A stretch of 62,482 nt of DNA, filler included. It is 13 parts of 13 records of this genome, joined end to end, with 100 filler letters (N's around TTAATTAATTAA, not from the genome) between each part and the next. Parts side by side here need not be neighbours in the genome. Positions count along the whole stretch, not along the records: positions 12,265 to 17,126 come from SRR7504441_3995; positions 17,227 to 20,454 come from SRR7504441_4002; positions 20,555 to 23,669 come from SRR7504441_4008; positions 23,770 to 26,825 come from SRR7504441_4011; 9 more parts are not named here. One strand, 5' to 3'. Position numbers and translations under genes: made by a program. The notes under the pieces were generated by a model. It saw only the letters and a program-made list of their open reading frames with translations. It searched no databases and was not told the origin of the DNA. Below are positions 12,165-23,902 of the stretch, piece by piece. Every line of letters starts with the position of its first letter. The first letter of the stretch is position 1.

Positions 12165-12264
12165 NNNNNNNNNNNNNNNNNNNNNNNNNNNNNNNNNNNN
12201 NNNNNNNNTTAATTAATTAANNNNNNNNNNNNNNNNNNNNNNNNNNNNNNNNNNNNNNNNNNNN
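12165..12264. other. Artificial contig spacer, first of 12 (others: 17127-17226, 20455-20554, 23670-23769, 26826-26925, 31570-31669, 35196-35295, 39517-39616, 44535-44634, 50095-50194, 54456-54555, 59169-59268)
   Basis: Identical N-run + TTAATTAATTAA (stops in all six frames) + N-run at each site. Confidence 0.98.
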
Positions 12265-12889
12265 CTCCGGCAGCGCGGCGTTCAAGGCCCGGCAACAGCT
12301 CGGGCTGGACGAGGCCCGGCAGATCAAAGCAAGCAGCGCCACTGCGGGGAGTCAGTCCACCTCGCCCTTCAAGGATGTGCTGGACAACCTGCTATCAACC
12401 CCAGCTCCGAGTTCTACCGGCACTGAAGAAAGCCGCGGCCCATTGCTACGGGGTCTGTATTCACAGCTGGAGACATTGCAGAACGAGCTCCTTTCTCAGC
12501 CGAGGGCAGTCCGGAGCAAAGACACCCAGAGGCGGCAGCAGATCAAGGAGATCGAGCTGCTGATCGAGCAGGAGAACCGCAAGCGAGGAATCGGCCGATC
12601 GTCTTCAGCTGCGATACCGCACACGCCGACTGTAGCAGTTCAGGACGCCCAGCCGGCCGCTGCTGCCGCCCCTGGAGCACCGATGAACCTCTTCACTGCC
12701 CAGCGTGACGACGACAGCAGCAGTGACATTGATGAGGAGACCCCGATGAACTCTCCTGTCGGTCGCAGGGTGCGTGCCAATGTGCCAGTGACCAGGCCTG
12801 TTTCTGCAACTCCTCCACAGTCGATGAGCCCTGATGAAGAGGCCAAATTTGCTGCATACATGAAAGCCTCGGGAAGCACTCGGACCTAA
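12265..12889 (+). CDS. 3' part of an uncharacterised low-complexity protein
   Basis: Open frame from the contig edge to the stop at 12889, with coding-like composition. Confidence 0.45.
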
Positions 12890-13362
12890 AGCCTCTATCT
12901 GAGCCTCTCAATACTCTGACAACCATGACGATGCACGAATACTACCTATTGCACACTAGTCATTACACAATGATATTATGCTGGTATGTAGGTATCCCGT
13001 ATCCTCAATGTAATAGATATCATGGGGGTTGTTTTTGTGTATCGTTTATGGCATTGATGTTGTGCTCGTAATAATTATAATTATATCATACAATAATGTA
13101 CACTCGTACGATACGTAAGTAACATGCAAGCGTAAAGCAATAGCATGAACAAAGTTGCTTATGATAGTTACGTTATACTGGTGATTTATTGTCCGGCATG
13201 TCGTGCTCAACCCTGGTTTGAATAAATACAGGTATCGATTCACTACGTCAACTCACAAGCTGCCGACACGTCGTCCATAAATTGAGCCGCATCATCGCGG
13301 CTCTCCACTATACTAATCTGGATGGTTACTACTAGTGCGCTCAGGCGCAATACTTGCTTGGT

Positions 13363-15705
13363 TTACAACTCCTTGGCGTCCTCGTCCTCCTTGCTCTCCT
13401 CCTCCTTGGGCTCCTCCTCAGCAGCAGGCTCGGGCTCAGGGTCCAACTCAACCTCGGGGTCCTCTACAGCCTCATCCTTGGACACACCCAGCCCAAGCCG
13501 CATCAGAGTCTCGAGCCGAGTGGCAAAGCTACTGGGGTCGGCTGGGGTCAGGCCCGCCTGCACGAGCGCAACATCGAACAGAGTGTCTGCCATCGCCTTG
13601 GCCTCCTCGTCAGAGTTGTCCTTCTCGACACGGTTCTTGAGCTCCTTAATGATCGGGTGGCCCGGGTTGATCTCGAGGGTCTTCTGAGCCACCATGCTGC
13701 TCGAGCGATCGTTGTTGCCCATGGTCTGAGCCTTCATGATACGCTCCATGTTAGTCGACCAACCGTATTGGCTGGACACAAGAATCGCCGGAGTGTCGAG
13801 CAGCCGGTTAGACACCACAGCCTTCTCGATCTTGGAGCCCAGAGACTCCTTGAACCAGTCGGTCACCGGCTTGTACATCTCACCGATCTTGGCGAGCTTC
13901 TTCTCCTCGACATCGTCATCCTCGAGCTTCAAGTTCTCCTTGTTGGCACCAGCAAACTGGAAGCCCTTGAACTCAGTCAGCTGGGGCATGGCATACTCGT
14001 CGATCGGGTCGATGTAGTAGAGCACCTCGTACCCCTTCTTCTTGAGCCGCTCCAGGTAGGGAGACTTCTCGACTGCCTCCTTTGACTCGCCAGAGATGTA
14101 GTAGATCGACTTCTGGCCCTTCTTCATCCGGGAGATGTACTTCTCGAGCGAGGTGTAGTTGTCGCCGCTCTTGGATGAGAAGAAGCGGAGCAGCTTGGCC
14201 AGCTTGGTCCGGTTGGACGAGTCCTCGTAGAGCCCAAGCTTGATCGCTTTGTTGAACTCCTTCCAGAAGGTGATGTAGTCCTCGTGGTCCTCAACCTCCG
14301 CAGCCGGGTCCGACTCCTTCTCCTCCTCCTCCTCCTCGGCGGCCTCCTCGGCCTCCTCGTCGTCGTCCTTCTTCTTCTTCTCGGCGATCTTGCGGATCAT
14401 CTCGAGGGTCTTAGTTACGAGCTTCTTCTTGATCACTCGCAGCACCTTGGAGGTCTGGAGCATCTCACGCGACACATTCAGCGGCAGATCCTCGGAGTCG
14501 ACCACGCCCTTAATGAATGACAGCCAGCGGGGCATCAGGTCTTCGAACTCGTCAGTGATGAACACACGACGCACGTAGAGCTTGATTGAGCTGCTCTTGG
14601 CCTTGCCCTCCATCAGGTCGTACGGGGCCTTCTTTGGGATGAACAGGATCGATTTAAACTCGATCTCGCCCTCAGCCGAGAAGTGCATCTTGGCCAGAGG
14701 TCCGTCTGTCTCCTTGGTGATCGTGTTGTAGAACGAGTCGTATTCCCCCTCCTCGACTTCACGCGAGGACTTGGTCCAGATCGCCTTCTCGCTGTTGACC
14801 TGGTTGGTCTCGACCACTTCCTTCTTCACCTTCTTGGTCTTCTTCTTTTCGGCCTCGTCGCCATCCTTGATGTCCAGGTCGTCGTCGCCCTCCTTCTTCT
14901 CCTCGTCGTCGCCCTCCTTCTTCTCCTCTGAGGCCTCCTCGTCGCCCTCCTCAATGGGGACTTCCTCCTCGACCTCCTTGGTGGTCTGCAGCAGAATCGG
15001 GAAGTTGATGAACTCAGAGTACTTCTTCACCAGCTCCTTGAGCTTATCGGGTTCGGTGAACTCCTTGCAGTCGTCCTTCAGGTGCAGGGTCACCTTGGTG
15101 CCCCGGCCCAGGGTGTCGCCGGCTGGGTCCTCGCGGATGGTGAACGACGAGTCAGCGGTCGACTCCCAAATGTACTGCTTGTCATCGTTGTGCTTGGTGG
15201 TCACGGTCACCTTGTCTGCCACGAGGTAAACCGAGTAGAACCCCACCCCGAACTGGCCAATCAGGTTGACGTCGCCGCCATCCTTGAGCTTCTCTAGGAA
15301 GCTAGAGGTGCCCGATTTGGCGATGGTTCCCAGATTGTTGATCAGGTCCTGCTTGGTCATGCCGACCCCGCGGTCGGTGATCGAGACCGTGTCGTCGTTC
15401 TTGTCGCCCTTAATCGTGATGTCCAGCTTAGCGGTGTCGCCCTCGCCCAGCATGCCGGGGTCGGTGACTGAAAGGAACCGGATCTTATCCAGCGCGTCCG
15501 AGGCGTTGGATATGATCTCACGCAGGAAGATCTCCTTGTGCGAGTACAGCGAGTTGATGATGATATCCATCAGCCGGGTGACCTCGGCCTGGAACTCAAA
15601 CTTCTCCGATGGAGCCTCCTCCTCCGCGGTGACCACGCCGTCTACCGAGCAGAAGCACACCGCCGCGATCGCCACCAGTGCCAGGAATTTCTTGAGAGCC
15701 ATCAT
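13363..15705 (-). CDS. HSP90B1: Endoplasmin / GRP94 (ER Hsp90), intronless
   Basis: Signal peptide [58 protein letters not shown]-terminal ER-retention-like AKEL. The true start is 15705; the ORF track extends further upstream. Confidence 0.97.
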   Translation of the reverse strand: MMALKKFLALVAIAAVCFCSVDGVVTAEEEAPSEKFEFQAEVTRLMDIIINSLYSHKEIFLREIISNASDALDKIRFLSVTDPGMLGEGDTAKLDITIKGDKNDDTVSITDRGVGMTKQDLINNLGTIAKSGTSSFLEKLKDGGDVNLIGQFGVGFYSVYLVADKVTVTTKHNDDKQYIWESTADSSFTIREDPAGDTLGRGTKVTLHLKDDCKEFTEPDKLKELVKKYSEFINFPILLQTTKEVEEEVPIEEGDEEASEEKKEGDDEEKKEGDDDLDIKDGDEAEKKKTKKVKKEVVETNQVNSEKAIWTKSSREVEEGEYDSFYNTITKETDGPLAKMHFSAEGEIEFKSILFIPKKAPYDLMEGKAKSSSIKLYVRRVFITDEFEDLMPRWLSFIKGVVDSEDLPLNVSREMLQTSKVLRVIKKKLVTKTLEMIRKIAEKKKKDDDEEAEEAAEEEEEEKESDPAAEVEDHEDYITFWKEFNKAIKLGLYEDSSNRTKLAKLLRFFSSKSGDNYTSLEKYISRMKKGQKSIYYISGESKEAVEKSPYLERLKKKGYEVLYYIDPIDEYAMPQLTEFKGFQFAGANKENLKLEDDDVEEKKLAKIGEMYKPVTDWFKESLGSKIEKAVVSNRLLDTPAILVSSQYGWSTNMERIMKAQTMGNNDRSSSMVAQKTLEINPGHPIIKELKNRVEKDNSDEEAKAMADTLFDVALVQAGLTPADPSSFATRLETLMRLGLGVSKDEAVEDPEVELDPEPEPAAEEEPKEEESKEDEDAKEL

Positions 15706-15807
15706 GTTGTCTCTTCGATCCAGCAGCTCGCGCTCCCGCGTTCTAGTCTCACGATCGACGTCATAAGGTCCAGACCGTCTGTTTTGGGAGTTCGGTAAAA
15801 ATCTGAG

Positions 15808-16316
15808 ATGGGCTGGGCGCCCGGCCCTCGGTCCTGGGCCACCGCGGCCCGGATCGTCGCGAGCGGCGAGCTGGGCCAGTTCAACCCGCCACGATCCCGG
15901 GCGGTGCAGACAGTGTACGACGCCTGGAGGGTCCGCACACTCGAGCAGTACCCCTCGCTCGAGCGCTGGGCGCTCGCGGCCCGGATCGGGCTGGACGGCG
16001 CCGTTGGAGGGGGGGGGGGCCGCGGGTCGTCTGGTGGGTGAACGACTTTCCTTACTGGTGGGAGCCCGGGATCGAGCAACACGTGATCTGGTGCCACGGG
16101 CTGGGCGGCCCGTCGCTGCTAGAGCTTCCGCCGGTGACGGTCGAGCTAGCCCGGAGGCGGCCGGCTGGCGAGTGGGAGGTGCTGTGCTGGGAGAACCCGA
16201 CCAACCTACAGTCGATCCCCGGGGTGCGGCACCTACAGGCACGTGCATGCCGACTGGCGGCTCAGGGGGCCGAGCAGGTGCTCTCGCGCCGCCGGCAGCC
16301 GAGCGCGAAGCTATAA
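15808..16316 (+). CDS. DUF3605 / GIG1-like protein (apparent frameshift at a poly-G run)
   Basis: [17 protein letters not shown] and [17 protein letters not shown] match the family pattern (NDxPY...H.V.W...ENP..L.SI..V.H). Confidence 0.65.
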
Positions 16317-16567
16317 CAACACGAGTACTTGTACACTACACTTGCTAGAGAGATGCTCAAATAGATATTTGAACTATGAAATCGTTCTTAATAGTACATG
16401 AGAATTTTAATACTGATCTAAGCAATGCTATCTACACCGAAGCATTTGTTGTACGTACTCGTACTCGTACGAGTACATGACGACTACTTACACTAAGTCT
16501 TGTTGGGTGACAAAATACATATTTCCGACGGAAAGGACCGCCTCTGATAACTGAACCCACCGACTAA

Positions 16568-17126
16568 TCATCGGACATGGCCATAGTAATCCTCAAACAC
16601 GGCCACCGTCTGGTCCAAGGTGCTCTTGAGCAGCGTGAACTTATCCCGCGACCGCTTGACCTGGTTGCTGTCCACGTAGCAACCGCCACTGTCCTCAAGC
16701 TCACGCGCCTGGTGGATGTATTCCTCTAGCATCCAGTCGCAGTCCTTGGCCAGCTGAGCCAGCTTGATCCCGATGATGTTGGTGATTGTCTCTTTCTTCA
16801 CCTTCACCCAGCCCACCTCCTCCTCCTCCCTTGGATCCGTGTTGTACGCGAGAAAGGCTCGCTGCATCGTGGACCCAGCCATAGGCACGTTCCCGTTCAT
16901 TGCCCGGCAGGCCCCCGAGGGCACGAAGCTAGCGTCCATCGTCCAGTCAGCGTTTGAAGGCACCCGGATGTTATCATAAGCCGCCAGTTCGTCCTCCTCT
17001 CCATAGAACCTCACCTACATTCCAGGCTCAGTCCCATCTCAGCCCTCATGCGAGTGCCTGCACTGTCGGTCCGACTTCCTTCGCCTGCCAGCGCCCGCGA
17101 ATCACGAACGTCTCGTCGTTATACTT
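16568..17126 (-). CDS. 3' part of an uncharacterised protein
   Basis: 148-aa ORF with strong GC3 codon bias; truncated at spacer. Confidence 0.45.
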
Positions 17127-17441
17127 NNNNNNNNNNNNNNNNNNNNNNNNNNNNNNNNNNNNNNNNNNNNTTAATTAATTAANNNNNNNNNNNNNNNNNN
17201 NNNNNNNNNNNNNNNNNNNNNNNNNNACTTGTAGGGGTTATTAATTTAAGGCCCGTACCTAGTAGGTATTGTACTGTAGTACGTATACTACCTGGTACCG
17301 GTAGTCTAATAAGACTAGATCTACCGAGTACTAATAGTTCTACGGACCGGACGCACGGCTTTCACCAGCTGAAGCTGAGGCGCCGGAGCAACTCTGCGAG
17401 GAGCCAACCACGAGACAAGGCACGACCTACCGACCGACGGA

Positions 17442-20400
17442 ATGTCCGGCGAGGGATTTTTTCAGCGCCGACGCGCCGGGCTGGACCCGCCCGCTGCCGT
17501 GCTGCTCGACGCCATCACCGAGTCGATCACCGAGCGCGCCCGGGCCACCGGCACCCCGCTGCAGGTCCGCAGCCCAACGGCAACCGTAACTGAATACAGC
17601 TGGGCGCCACTGCGTACTACGCGGCGCTGCTGACCGCGGTCGATCGGCCTGAGTCGCTCGAGGCCGGCCACGCGGACCGGACCGGCCGGTTGCTGCTTCT
17701 GCTGGAGCTGGCGCTCGAAGGGTGGCTGGCGGTAACAGCAACAGTGACGGCGAGGGGGCAGGGTGCCGTCCGCGGTGCTCGGGCAGCCCGCGGTTGGCCG
17801 GTCGAAGCTGATTCCATTGCTCATGGGCGCGGCCACCGCCCACAAGAGCGACCCGGTTCATGGGTCGCTGGGCTAACAACTCACTGCAACGCAGGCGGTG
17901 CTCAGCCGGGTGATCAGCTGTAGCAGGGCCTTGTTCGAGCTGAGCGACCGTCAGGCGGCCGCTAAATACTTTACCGTTGACCGGGGGCAGGTTTGGACGG
18001 CTGACCGAACTCTGCCGGCACTGTACGAAGGCCTGCTCGCGTTGTCGATTGACACCCGGCCCGCAGTAATTGCCGCCGCACCGGTGTCCGTTACAGCGGT
18101 TCAGGTGTGCCAGGGGGCACAGGAGGCTGTGCACGCACTCTGGGGCTCAAACAAGCCACCGGCCGCTGTGGGGACAAGCACCGCCAACTGGCTCGCCGCA
18201 GTGCCTCCCGGTGCTAGTGGTAGCTGTAGCGGAATCGCAGGTGCTCGAGAAGGGGAAGACTGCCACCGGGGGCAACGCCATGGAGCAGCTGGTCCAGGCA
18301 ATTCCCGTTAGATCCGGCAACTTAGATTCTAGATTAGTTGGGTTTAGGCGCTCACACTGCTCCGGCCGCTCTGGTGTCAACTAAAGCCCAAATCAACCGT
18401 CTCGCTGGCCACCCAGGTGCTCGCGCTGCGTGAACGGACCCAGACAGGGTTGCAACTCGCGTGCAACGCCGCTTTGGAGGGTCTGTTCACCGGCTTAAGC
18501 CCCTCAGTGCTGCCAGACTTGACAATCTCCAAGCTGGTGGTCGCCACAACTCAGGTGCCAACATCTTTACAACAGCAGTTTAACTGACTTCTAATCGACA
18601 GTGGCGGCCGAGCGAAGGCTTGGTCAATTTGGACCTTGTGACCGGTTATTTTCGCGTGGTGGCTGCTGGTTTCGGGCTCTGGGCGCAGGTTTTATACTTA
18701 ACTGATATCATGTCTCGATATGGCTCATATACAGCCGGTACGCGGGGGGTTGAGATGCGAACTGTCAGGTCGCCCCGACTGAGTGCGCACAGAGCCTGCC
18801 GTTGGCCGTGGCAGGGATAGCCCGTTACCTCGGCAGCCCGCACCCCAAGGTTAGCCCGTAGCCGACGTGTCATCCAACCGTTGCCGATGGCCAGGTGAGC
18901 GCACAGGCGGTTGGCAAGCTTTCCGACCTGATTCAGTACTTCGGGCCGGCCGGGCTGCCGCAGGGGACACTGGCAGCTGTCGTGACTCAGCTTGAGGCTG
19001 CCATACAAGGCCTCGAGGTGCTCCCCTCTGCAATATAAATACTGGACCGTAACTGTAACCAGCAGGCGGCTCGGCTGGCGTCCGGCCTGGATGTTTACGC
19101 CGCACTGTTCGAGGTGCTGGGCCCAAAATCGCTGCCAGCACTCGGCGAGGTGCCTGATGCTCATGTCGAGATGAGAGACTTGGTCAATCGAGGGCAGGTA
19201 CTGGTGGCAGCAGCAAGGCTGCGTGCGGGGGGCAACGGAAAGCTGCAACGGGCGATCAATCGGCTGGTCGGGTCAGCGATCCGGGCAGTAGGGCCACCAG
19301 CAGTGCTGCAGTTGATTCCACTAGGTTCGCGCGACAAAGCAGAGCAGGTTGACAGTTTTATCCAGGCGTGGACCCAAATGTGGGCGTGACCGACAAGAGT
19401 CAGACATGGTTGATCCCTTTGATGGCCCAGAATGTCCGACGGGCCTCGCTGCTCTGGTGTGCTGCAGTGCTGCTGTCTGCTCAACGCTGCTTAATCAGGT
19501 TTGGATCATCTCTAGTTGCGCTGGCCAATGCTCTGTTGGCAGCCGCTGCGAGCAATGCCGAGGCCGGGCTGGAGGTGTTATATAAGTCTGACTGTGATAC
19601 CAACTATTGTCAGGTGGCAGCGCGCAACATGCAGCTGATTGCACATCAGCTGTGGGGCCTGCTCCCAGCGTTCTGCCGCGACCCAATCGACCTCGTGCAT
19701 GCCTTCCCACACATGGCTAAGGTGTTAACTGTTATCAGTCAAACACCAAATAAATGCCCTCAGGTGCTTGGAACCAAGATTTCGGAGGGCGGCGAGATTT
19801 CAGTGACGGTTTGTGGTTCAATTGCATCTCTGATTGCCACTGCGAGCAAGCAACAGGACCAGCAGCAGGCCCAGGCATCAACAGCTGCAATTGCCGCGTG
19901 CGCCGCTGCTGGCAGCTCGGACTGATGGACTTTAGGTTTGCACCCAACTTCCTGCCGGTGCTGTTTAATTACTTTTTGTCGGCAAGCTCTGCACAGCAGC
20001 AACAACAGCTTGAGGCTGCCAAGCGGTGGCATTTGCGACCGTGTTAAGCACTGACTCCACAAACCACCACTGCAGGTGCATCACAGGATTCTGCGGGATT
20101 ACGCCTAAAGCCACTGTGTCTGAATTTTTCAAAAGCATAGTGCATCGGATCCTCTCGTCACAGGTGCTTGCCACTTATTGTTTGGTTGGGTGAACAGTTT
20201 GATTGAGCAGGAAAGTGCTGCTCCTGCTGCAGGACTTCAATCGGATTTAACTGAACTGGCACTGCTGCTTGTTGGCTCATTGGACTCTGAGGCCGCCGAG
20301 CTCCTCTTCCAAGTCCGACTTATAATAATCCCATTTGATTTGGCCAAGTTAGTCTAATCTCAGGTGGTGGAGCCTATGTTGTTGGAGGCCGAGCCCGTGC

Positions 20401-20454
20401 TGATGAAGAAAGCTTACAAGGTGGTGTAGGTTGGCACAGTCGTCATGACTTGGA
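17442..20454 (+). CDS. RRP12: RRP12-like ribosome biogenesis HEAT protein, 5' part, many mini-introns
   Basis: LLDAITESI, AYYAALL, LVGSAIRAVGPPAVLQLIPL, TWLIPLM, QLWGLLPAFCRDPIDL, FAPNFLPVLFN, LMKKAYK are RRP12/NUC173 motifs. Confidence 0.85.
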
Positions 20455-20697
20455 NNNNNNNNNNNNNNNNNNNNNNNNNNNNNNNNNNNNNNNNNNNNTT
20501 AATTAATTAANNNNNNNNNNNNNNNNNNNNNNNNNNNNNNNNNNNNNNNNNNNNCTCGGTGCAGCCGCTTATGGCTGCATCCATCAGCGTCGCGCAGCTA
20601 GATTCCTGCCTCTCCCATGACGGCGTCAGCTGCCTAATCAAGGCCCGACCCGCCATGCTGTGCCCAACCGAAACCTTGGAGAGGCTGGCGATCGGCG

Positions 20698-22825
20698 ATG
20701 GCTGCTCGCACAGTGGAGCTGCCGGACATTCACGCCACTGAGGGGCTCGGGGCGGTGAGTCGGGGCCCGCTCGCTGGTTTGGCCCGGTCTCTCACAGCTT
20801 GCCGGGCGCAGGCGCTGGCCCCGCACTGCCGGCCCGGGGACGTGATCTTCCTGATCGGAGACCTCGGCGCCGGCAAGACCTCCCTCTCACGGGGGCTGAT
20901 CCGCCAGTTCTTCGGAAATCCGACGCTAGACGTGCCCAGCCCGTCATACCTGCTCCAGTTCACCTACCGCGACGAGGGCAGCGAGCAGGGGGCGCCAGCC
21001 GAGGGCCAAGGGATGGAATTCAGAGCAGGCCGGTTCGCCAGTCTGCCGGGGGTGGCGGTGGGTCCGGCGGGCGGCGGCGGGCGGACTGGGGGGCAGGTGC
21101 AGCACCTCGACCTGTATCGGCTCAAGCCGGGCCGGATTGCGGGGCTGGTGGATTTTGATAGGATCTGGCGGGAGGACATCTCGCTGGTCGAGTGGCCCGA
21201 CCGACTCGGCGACCAGCTCAGCTCGGCCAGCCACCCGGCCCGGCTCGAGATCACCTTGTCTGGGAGCGGGCCGCAGGGCGGCAGCCGGAGGGCCGAGCTG
21301 AGAGCCGTGGGCGACCGGTGGACCGAGTTGCTCCGCACACTGGACCTGTCGCAGCCGGCGGCGGCACAAGGGTCAGGCAATACAGGGGCCGCCCCGATGG
21401 CGCCGTTGAATGTGGCCCAGCCTGAAGCCCTGCTCTCGGAGGATAAGCTGGAGAAACTGGTGGTGCTCGGTATTGAATCCAGCTGCGACGACACGGGCGC
21501 GGCTGTGGTCCGAGCCGACGGCACAATCTTGGGCGAGGCACTGGCTTCGCAGGCGGCCGTGCACGAGCAGTGGGGCGGCGTGGTGCCGAATCTAGCCAGG
21601 GAGGCCCACGCCCAGGCGATAGATGCCACGGTCGAGCAGGCAATCAGCAAGGCTGGACTGACGCACGCTGACATCGACGCTGTGGCCGTCACAGTGGGCC
21701 CCGGCCTGGCCCCATGCTTGCAGGTCGGCGTGGGCAAGGCGTATCAGATTGCGGCCGAGCATCAGATCCCGATTGTGCGGGTGCACCACATGGAGGCGCA
21801 CGCGATGATCACGCGGCTGCCTGCTGCGGGCCGGGCTACCCCTGACTTCCCATACGCGACGGTGCTCGTGAGTGGAGGGCATAATATGGTGCTGCTCACC
21901 ACCAAGATCGGAGAGCACTGCATTCTAGGGAGCACGCTGGACGACTCGATCGGCGAGTCGTTTGACAAAACTGCCCGTCTGTTAGGGATCACGCAAGTCC
22001 CAGGAGGGCCTCACCTAGAGAAGCTCGCAACTTCTGGCGACCCTGCGGCCTACACACTACCCAAGCCGCTGTCCAACAGCAAGGATCCAAACCTGCGCAA
22101 AGGCTGCGACTTTTCGTTCTCTGGGCTCAAAACCTCGACAAGGACGTTGATAGAAAAGGAGCTGCGGCCTGAGCTGGTGAGCCATGCCCTGCCCTTGTGC
22201 CTAATCGTGTTGTGCAGTCCGGGGAGGCTCGGGAGATAGTGCGCGCCAATCTAGCGGCAAGCTTCCAGGCCGCCGCTGTCGGCCATTTGGTCGAGCGTGT
22301 GGATAGAGCAATGGTGTGGGTGCTGGAGGTGTGGCAGATGATTCTAGTTTTGATTTGACTCGTGGCGGCCAGGCGCGTCCTGAATCCAAGGCAATGATTG
22401 TGGCCGGGGGCGTGGCTGCCAACAAGCTGGTCCGGTCTGAGCTGACCCGAGTGGCGGCCAAGTATGGGCTGGAGATGCTGGTCCCCCCTGGCCGGCTCTG
22501 TGTGGACAACGGCGTGATGGTGGCATGGACCGGAATAGAACGGTTGAAGATCGGCCTCGGCGAGAAGCCTCCATCGAGCGTGGAGAAGGCTGGGCTGTTC
22601 ACCGAGGTGTGTCGACGCTTGCCCAGGGTTGTTCAGGTGACTGGCCAGGTGAGGCCGCGGTGGGTGCTGGGCCCCCGTGATGCAAGGAGCCAACCTGGTA
22701 ATCGGGAAAAGCCAATATCTAAGAAGCAAGAACAAAAGCGAAAGGCTGCAGAAGACGCCCAAGAGGCAGCGAAAGTGGGTACAAAGCGTGGAAGGGACCC
22801 ACAGACAGCTAATGAGACAAAGTGA
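20698..22825 (+). CDS. TsaE (YjeE ATPase) - TsaD/Qri7 (t6A carbamoyltransferase) fusion, about 5 mini-introns
   Basis: TsaE: GDVIFLIGDLGAGKT, VPSPSY, HLDLYRL, LVEWPDRL. TsaD: LGIESSCDDT, GGVVP..A...H, TVGPGL, HHMEAH, VSGGH, DDSIGESFDK, DFSFSGLKT, AGGVAAN, CVDNGVM. Both lie in one continuous frame. Confidence 0.9.
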
Positions 22826-23902
22826 GGTGATTAATCAGTGTGCTGCATAGCTATTAACCAATTTAATTATACGATAACTAAAACTAATAAAGGGAAACTC
22901 GGTTGGATGAAATGCTCAATCCAATACAGATGATCTGAAGTGTAATTGGTTACTACTGCTGGTTGACCCTTTAGTGCCGCTCAACAGAAATTGTTAAGAA
23001 ATTGTAATCATATTCATGTACGAAATACAACATGTAATTGTTAGTTCGGACTCTCTAACTACCACCGCGCATTGTGCTCATTGTGGTCATGCCTACATGA
23101 CATTGCTAACATGCCGGCAAATGACTCATCAATCTTCAACCGGCTAAGATGCGTTGGGTGACGTTCATGCCATTTGATCTCCATTCGTATGATCTAGAAC
23201 CCCCTGGCTGTCCTTTGGCATGCACGCCCTATCGTCCAGCCGAACCCCCGGTAGTGCCGCCGCCATTGCCTCCACATCGACATATCCTGAATGTTCCCCT
23301 TCAATCTGTTGGACAAGGTCTGGTGGTCGAGGCAGTCCGCCAACTCCCATATCGCTCCAAGTAGGCATCTGCTGTGCCTCCAGGGATGCTGGGGGCGAGG
23401 TCGTGTCCACAATCACACTCATTTGCGGCAAGGCAGGCTCGTCCCTGACCGTGCTAGGTAGTGGTGCCCTGACAGTTCTTACCTTGTCCTTTCTTTTGGT
23501 TCTATTCTGTGGAGTAGGCGGATTATGGAGCTGTTGTACTGGTAGGGTCCCGTTGGGGTTTCCATTTGGGTAGGGCCCAGGCACTAGCCCGGCCGGAAGC
23601 TGCTGTCCAGGAGGACATGGCATCGCTGGTTCCGGAGGGGACATGCCACTGTAGCCGACGTAGCCACCANNNNNNNNNNNNNNNNNNNNNNNNNNNNNNN
23701 NNNNNNNNNNNNNTTAATTAATTAANNNNNNNNNNNNNNNNNNNNNNNNNNNNNNNNNNNNNNNNNNNNACCATAAATTATGCATATGCATATGCATGCT
23801 GTACAACAAATGACTGAATTACGTCTAGTCGTCAACCCATGTGCATACACCCCGCGATACTTGCTTCCTCGGCAAAGAGGATTCGGACACTTCGGAGCAT
23901 GC

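Noticed and set aside
12165-12264. Recurring TTAATTAATTAA palindromes flanked by N
   Set aside because: Artificial concatenation spacers, not biological repeats. Gene neighbourhoods across them are not real.
13354-15798. Long antisense ORFs opposite GRP94 (also opposite CCT1, pyruvate kinase and the RhoGEF-like gene)
   Set aside because: Expected by-product of high GC3 codon bias; no recognisable protein motifs.
15706-16248. N-terminal extension of the 961-aa GRP94 ORF
   Set aside because: It overlaps the divergent DUF3605-like gene, and the signal peptide begins at 15705.
17442-20454. Fragmented ORFs suggesting pseudogenes or a non-standard genetic code
   Set aside because: Where checked, stops and frame changes are explained by mini-introns; long intronless genes read correctly in the standard code.
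23165-23669. Pro-rich minus-strand ORF at a contig end
   Set aside because: No recognisable domain; cannot distinguish a gene fragment from a transposon remnant.
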